Virus record (IMG/VR): IMGVR_UViG_3300037524_001174
Coordinates: 1 to 28,457 of that record
Strand: one strand, 5' to 3'
Length of the DNA: 28,457 nucleotides
Source: a virus
Lineage: Duplodnaviria; Caudoviricetes
Below the pieces are notes generated by a model. The model ran no database searches. It worked only from the letters and a program-made list of their open reading frames with translations, and had not been told where the DNA came from. Every line of letters begins with the position of its first letter. Position 1 is the first letter of the stretch. The position numbers and the translations under genes are program-made. Positions 26,436-28,457 of the stretch are shown here, piece after piece.

Positions 26436-26774
26436 ATGGCCACCCCGTGCGAGCATCGCAACGTTCGTCTCACCGACACCGAGGAAGGCTACGAGTGCAT
26501 GGCTTGTGGCCGCATCCTTGGGCACCTCTTCGGGAGGCATGACGTCTACCCGATGGGGGTCCGCGAACTCGACCACCCCCGGACGGGTGGGACCTTCACC
26601 ATGCGGGATGGGCGCGAGTACGTCGTGGTCACCCCGTCACTCATCCTGCAGGGCGTGTGGAACAGCCATCGCAGCACGTCCCGGCACCTGTACTTCCACG
26701 TGGGCATCGGGCACTTCATCGTGCTGGAGTCGGACCTTCTCGACATCGCTGAGAAGGGAGGCGGCCCGAGGTGA
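26436..26774 (+). CDS. Hypothetical protein (112 aa) with an N-terminal CxH...CxxC Zn-ribbon
   Basis: GAAAGGAG RBS at 26422. Confidence 0.7.
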   Translation: MATPCEHRNVRLTDTEEGYECMACGRILGHLFGRHDVYPMGVRELDHPRTGGTFTMRDGREYVVVTPSLILQGVWNSHRSTSRHLYFHVGIGHFIVLESDLLDIAEKGGGPR

Positions 26775-27061
26775 CGCGCCCGTCCAACGCACCTCCCCTG
26801 AACCCGGCACTCCCGTGCCGGGAATGGGACGGGGAACTCGACCGTGACGGCTATGGCCGGTGGGGAAACGGGTCTGCTGGGAGCCAGCAGGCCCACCGCC
26901 GGGTGTGGGAGGAAGACGTAGGGGATATCCCAGAGGGCATGACCCTCGACCACCTTTGCCGCAACCGTGCGTGCATCAGGCTGGAGCACCTCGACCTCGT
27001 CACGATGTCCGAGAACAGCAAGCGACGGTGGGCGCATTCGCGCAGGAGCATCATCGCTTGA
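26771..27061 (+). CDS. HNH endonuclease (free-standing, homing-endonuclease-like)
   Basis: CREWDG...DGYG...AHRRVWE...IPEGMTLDHLCRNRACIRLEHLDLVTMSEN. GTGA overlap with the upstream stop. Confidence 0.88.
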   Translation: MTRPSNAPPLNPALPCREWDGELDRDGYGRWGNGSAGSQQAHRRVWEEDVGDIPEGMTLDHLCRNRACIRLEHLDLVTMSENSKRRWAHSRRSIIA

Positions 27062-27117
27062 CCCCATCATTGGCATGAGGTAGTCTTACCTCGTCTACTC
27101 CACGAAAGGAAGGAGCC

Positions 27118-27393
27118 ATGCGTATCCTCGTCACGTCCCCGTGCTACGTCGAGTCCGACGGGCCGGTCCTCATCGAACCGCTGAAGGGCGAGGAGCCTCA
27201 CGCCCCAGAGGCGTACGCCACCGACCCCCAGCCCCTCATGCGCGCCTACCGGACACCACGCCCCACGACCGCCCTGACGTGCCGCAAGTGCGGAGTCAGG
27301 TTCGTCGGCCGTCGCAACCAGAAGTACTGCTCCCCCACCTGCAAGCAGCAGTACTACCGTGAACTGAAGATTGGGTGGAGCCCAGATGCTTGA
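27118..27393 (+). CDS. Hypothetical protein with a CxxC...YCSxxC zinc finger
   Basis: GAAAGGAAGGAG RBS at 27104; CRKCGVRF...KYCSPTCK. Confidence 0.7.
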   Translation: MRILVTSPCYVESDGPVLIEPLKGEEPHAPEAYATDPQPLMRAYRTPRPTTALTCRKCGVRFVGRRNQKYCSPTCKQQYYRELKIGWSPDA

Positions 27394-27574
27394 GGACGCC
27401 CTGCGCTTCGCGCTGACACTCATCATCGGCATCCCCCTTCTCTCGTTCGTCGTCACCCTCACGCTCACGGCCGCCATCGCAGCGGCGTGGGTGCTGGGGT
27501 CCATGGTCATGTACGTCGTGGGCATCCCGCTGGCCATCGCCTACCGGGTGAAGACCGGAGAGTGGCCCCGGTGA
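27386..27574 (+). CDS. Small membrane protein (62 aa)
   Basis: Long hydrophobic stretch; overlaps the neighbouring genes at both ends. Confidence 0.65.
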   Translation: MLEDALRFALTLIIGIPLLSFVVTLTLTAAIAAAWVLGSMVMYVVGIPLAIAYRVKTGEWPR

Positions 27575-28140
27575 CCGACATCGGCTCCGGGGCCCCTCTG
27601 GCCCCGCAGTGGGACAACCCGGCCTACTTCGACGACGTCACCGAGGACGTCATCGAGGAACAGGCCAAGCAGCAGGGCATGGCCGAGTCCGCAGGCGCCT
27701 CTGCCGCATGGCAGAAGGTCGCACGGGACTGGTTCGCCTCACTCCCCGTGGGGATGAGCATCACCGCAGATGACCTCACGGACGCCATCGGGGTGCCCAC
27801 CAGTCAGGGGGCGGTCGGCGCAGCCTTCGCCGCAGCCGCTTCCCGTGGCCTCATCGCCCCGGTGGGCATGGCCAAGTCACGTCGGGAGGGCCGTCACAAC
27901 TCACGCACCCTTGCGTGGGAGAAGGCCGTTCCGCCTACCGTCACAGAGCCGGTCGGACGTACCGTGTGGGCCGAATGCACTGGTTGCCACAAGGCCTCCC
28001 CGCTCGACACCCTCTCCTCCAAGTACGGCAAGCCGCAACTGGTGGGCGAGGTGAAGGGGAAGCGCCTCTGGGAAGCCAAGTGCCACGTCTGCAAGCCGTC
28101 CAAGGCCTCTCGGCTGGAAGCCATCTGGAAGGAACGCTGA
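27571..28140 (+). CDS. Putative winged-helix DNA-binding protein with a C-terminal Zn-ribbon
   Basis: GTG start coupled to the upstream stop. ITADDL...GAVGAAF...RGLI...SRREGRH...W pattern is common in phage wHTH proteins; CTGC...CHVC follows. Confidence 0.55.
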   Translation: MTDIGSGAPLAPQWDNPAYFDDVTEDVIEEQAKQQGMAESAGASAAWQKVARDWFASLPVGMSITADDLTDAIGVPTSQGAVGAAFAAAASRGLIAPVGMAKSRREGRHNSRTLAWEKAVPPTVTEPVGRTVWAECTGCHKASPLDTLSSKYGKPQLVGEVKGKRLWEAKCHVCKPSKASRLEAIWKER

Positions 28141-28141
28141 C

Positions 28142-28457
28142 ATGAACGCCGCCCGTGGTGCCATCGCCTACCTCGTCATCGAGCCGGGCGGTGCCATCAA
28201 GCAGACATTCGCCCCACTGGATACCCCCACGGTGCAGGGCATCGTGGGGGGGTCCTTCGAGACGCTCCACCCGAGGGGCATCGAGGCCACCGTCTTCCTT
28301 GCGGAGGACGGGAAGCAGCGTGGGTTCAACCCCAACTGGGTCGCCACTTCCCTGCTCCGGTCACGCCTCCGCCCCGAGGACTTCGTCGTGGGGACGGTGG
28401 TCGTGGCCGGATTGCCGGATGCCGAAGGGGATATCCAGAGCATCACCGTGAAGTCCG
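28142..28457 (+). CDS. DUF3846-family protein, partial
   Basis: Manual translation: MNAARGAIAYLVIEPGG...VQGIVGGSFETL...VFLAEDGK...PNWVATSLL...DFVVGTVVVAG...DAEGD. Confidence 0.75.
   Translation, partial: MNAARGAIAYLVIEPGGAIKQTFAPLDTPTVQGIVGGSFETLHPRGIEATVFLAEDGKQRGFNPNWVATSLLRSRLRPEDFVVGTVVVAGLPDAEGDIQSITVKS

Overview
This is a high-GC tailed-phage (or prophage) genome segment with two divergent arms and no integrase in the window. The left arm (minus strand, 1-19433) is a virion/packaging operon. In transcription order it holds a small ORF, putative TerS, a small ORF, TerL, portal, 957-aa and 2404-aa probable internal/ejection proteins, scaffold, an N4-gp56-family major capsid protein, a head-tail adaptor, a Dit-like protein and a DNRLRE/Fn3 tail protein. 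The 2404-aa protein looks polyvalent: an HhH-glycosylase-like module, a possible SAM-lyase-like segment and an HExxH zincin. The ~1.65-kb non-coding centre has two divergent sigma70-like promoters, dense CTATAG and TACGTA palindrome arrays, a ~440-nt candidate structured ncRNA and an atypical tRNA-Tyr(GTA). The right arm (plus strand) is an early-type operon with a complete type II hammerhead ribozyme (21442-21506). It also carries a MoxR-like AAA ATPase, a split HExxH/acidic + vWA pair, Cys-rich small proteins, an HNH endonuclease and DUF3846. All assignments come from reading motifs by eye; no searches were run.
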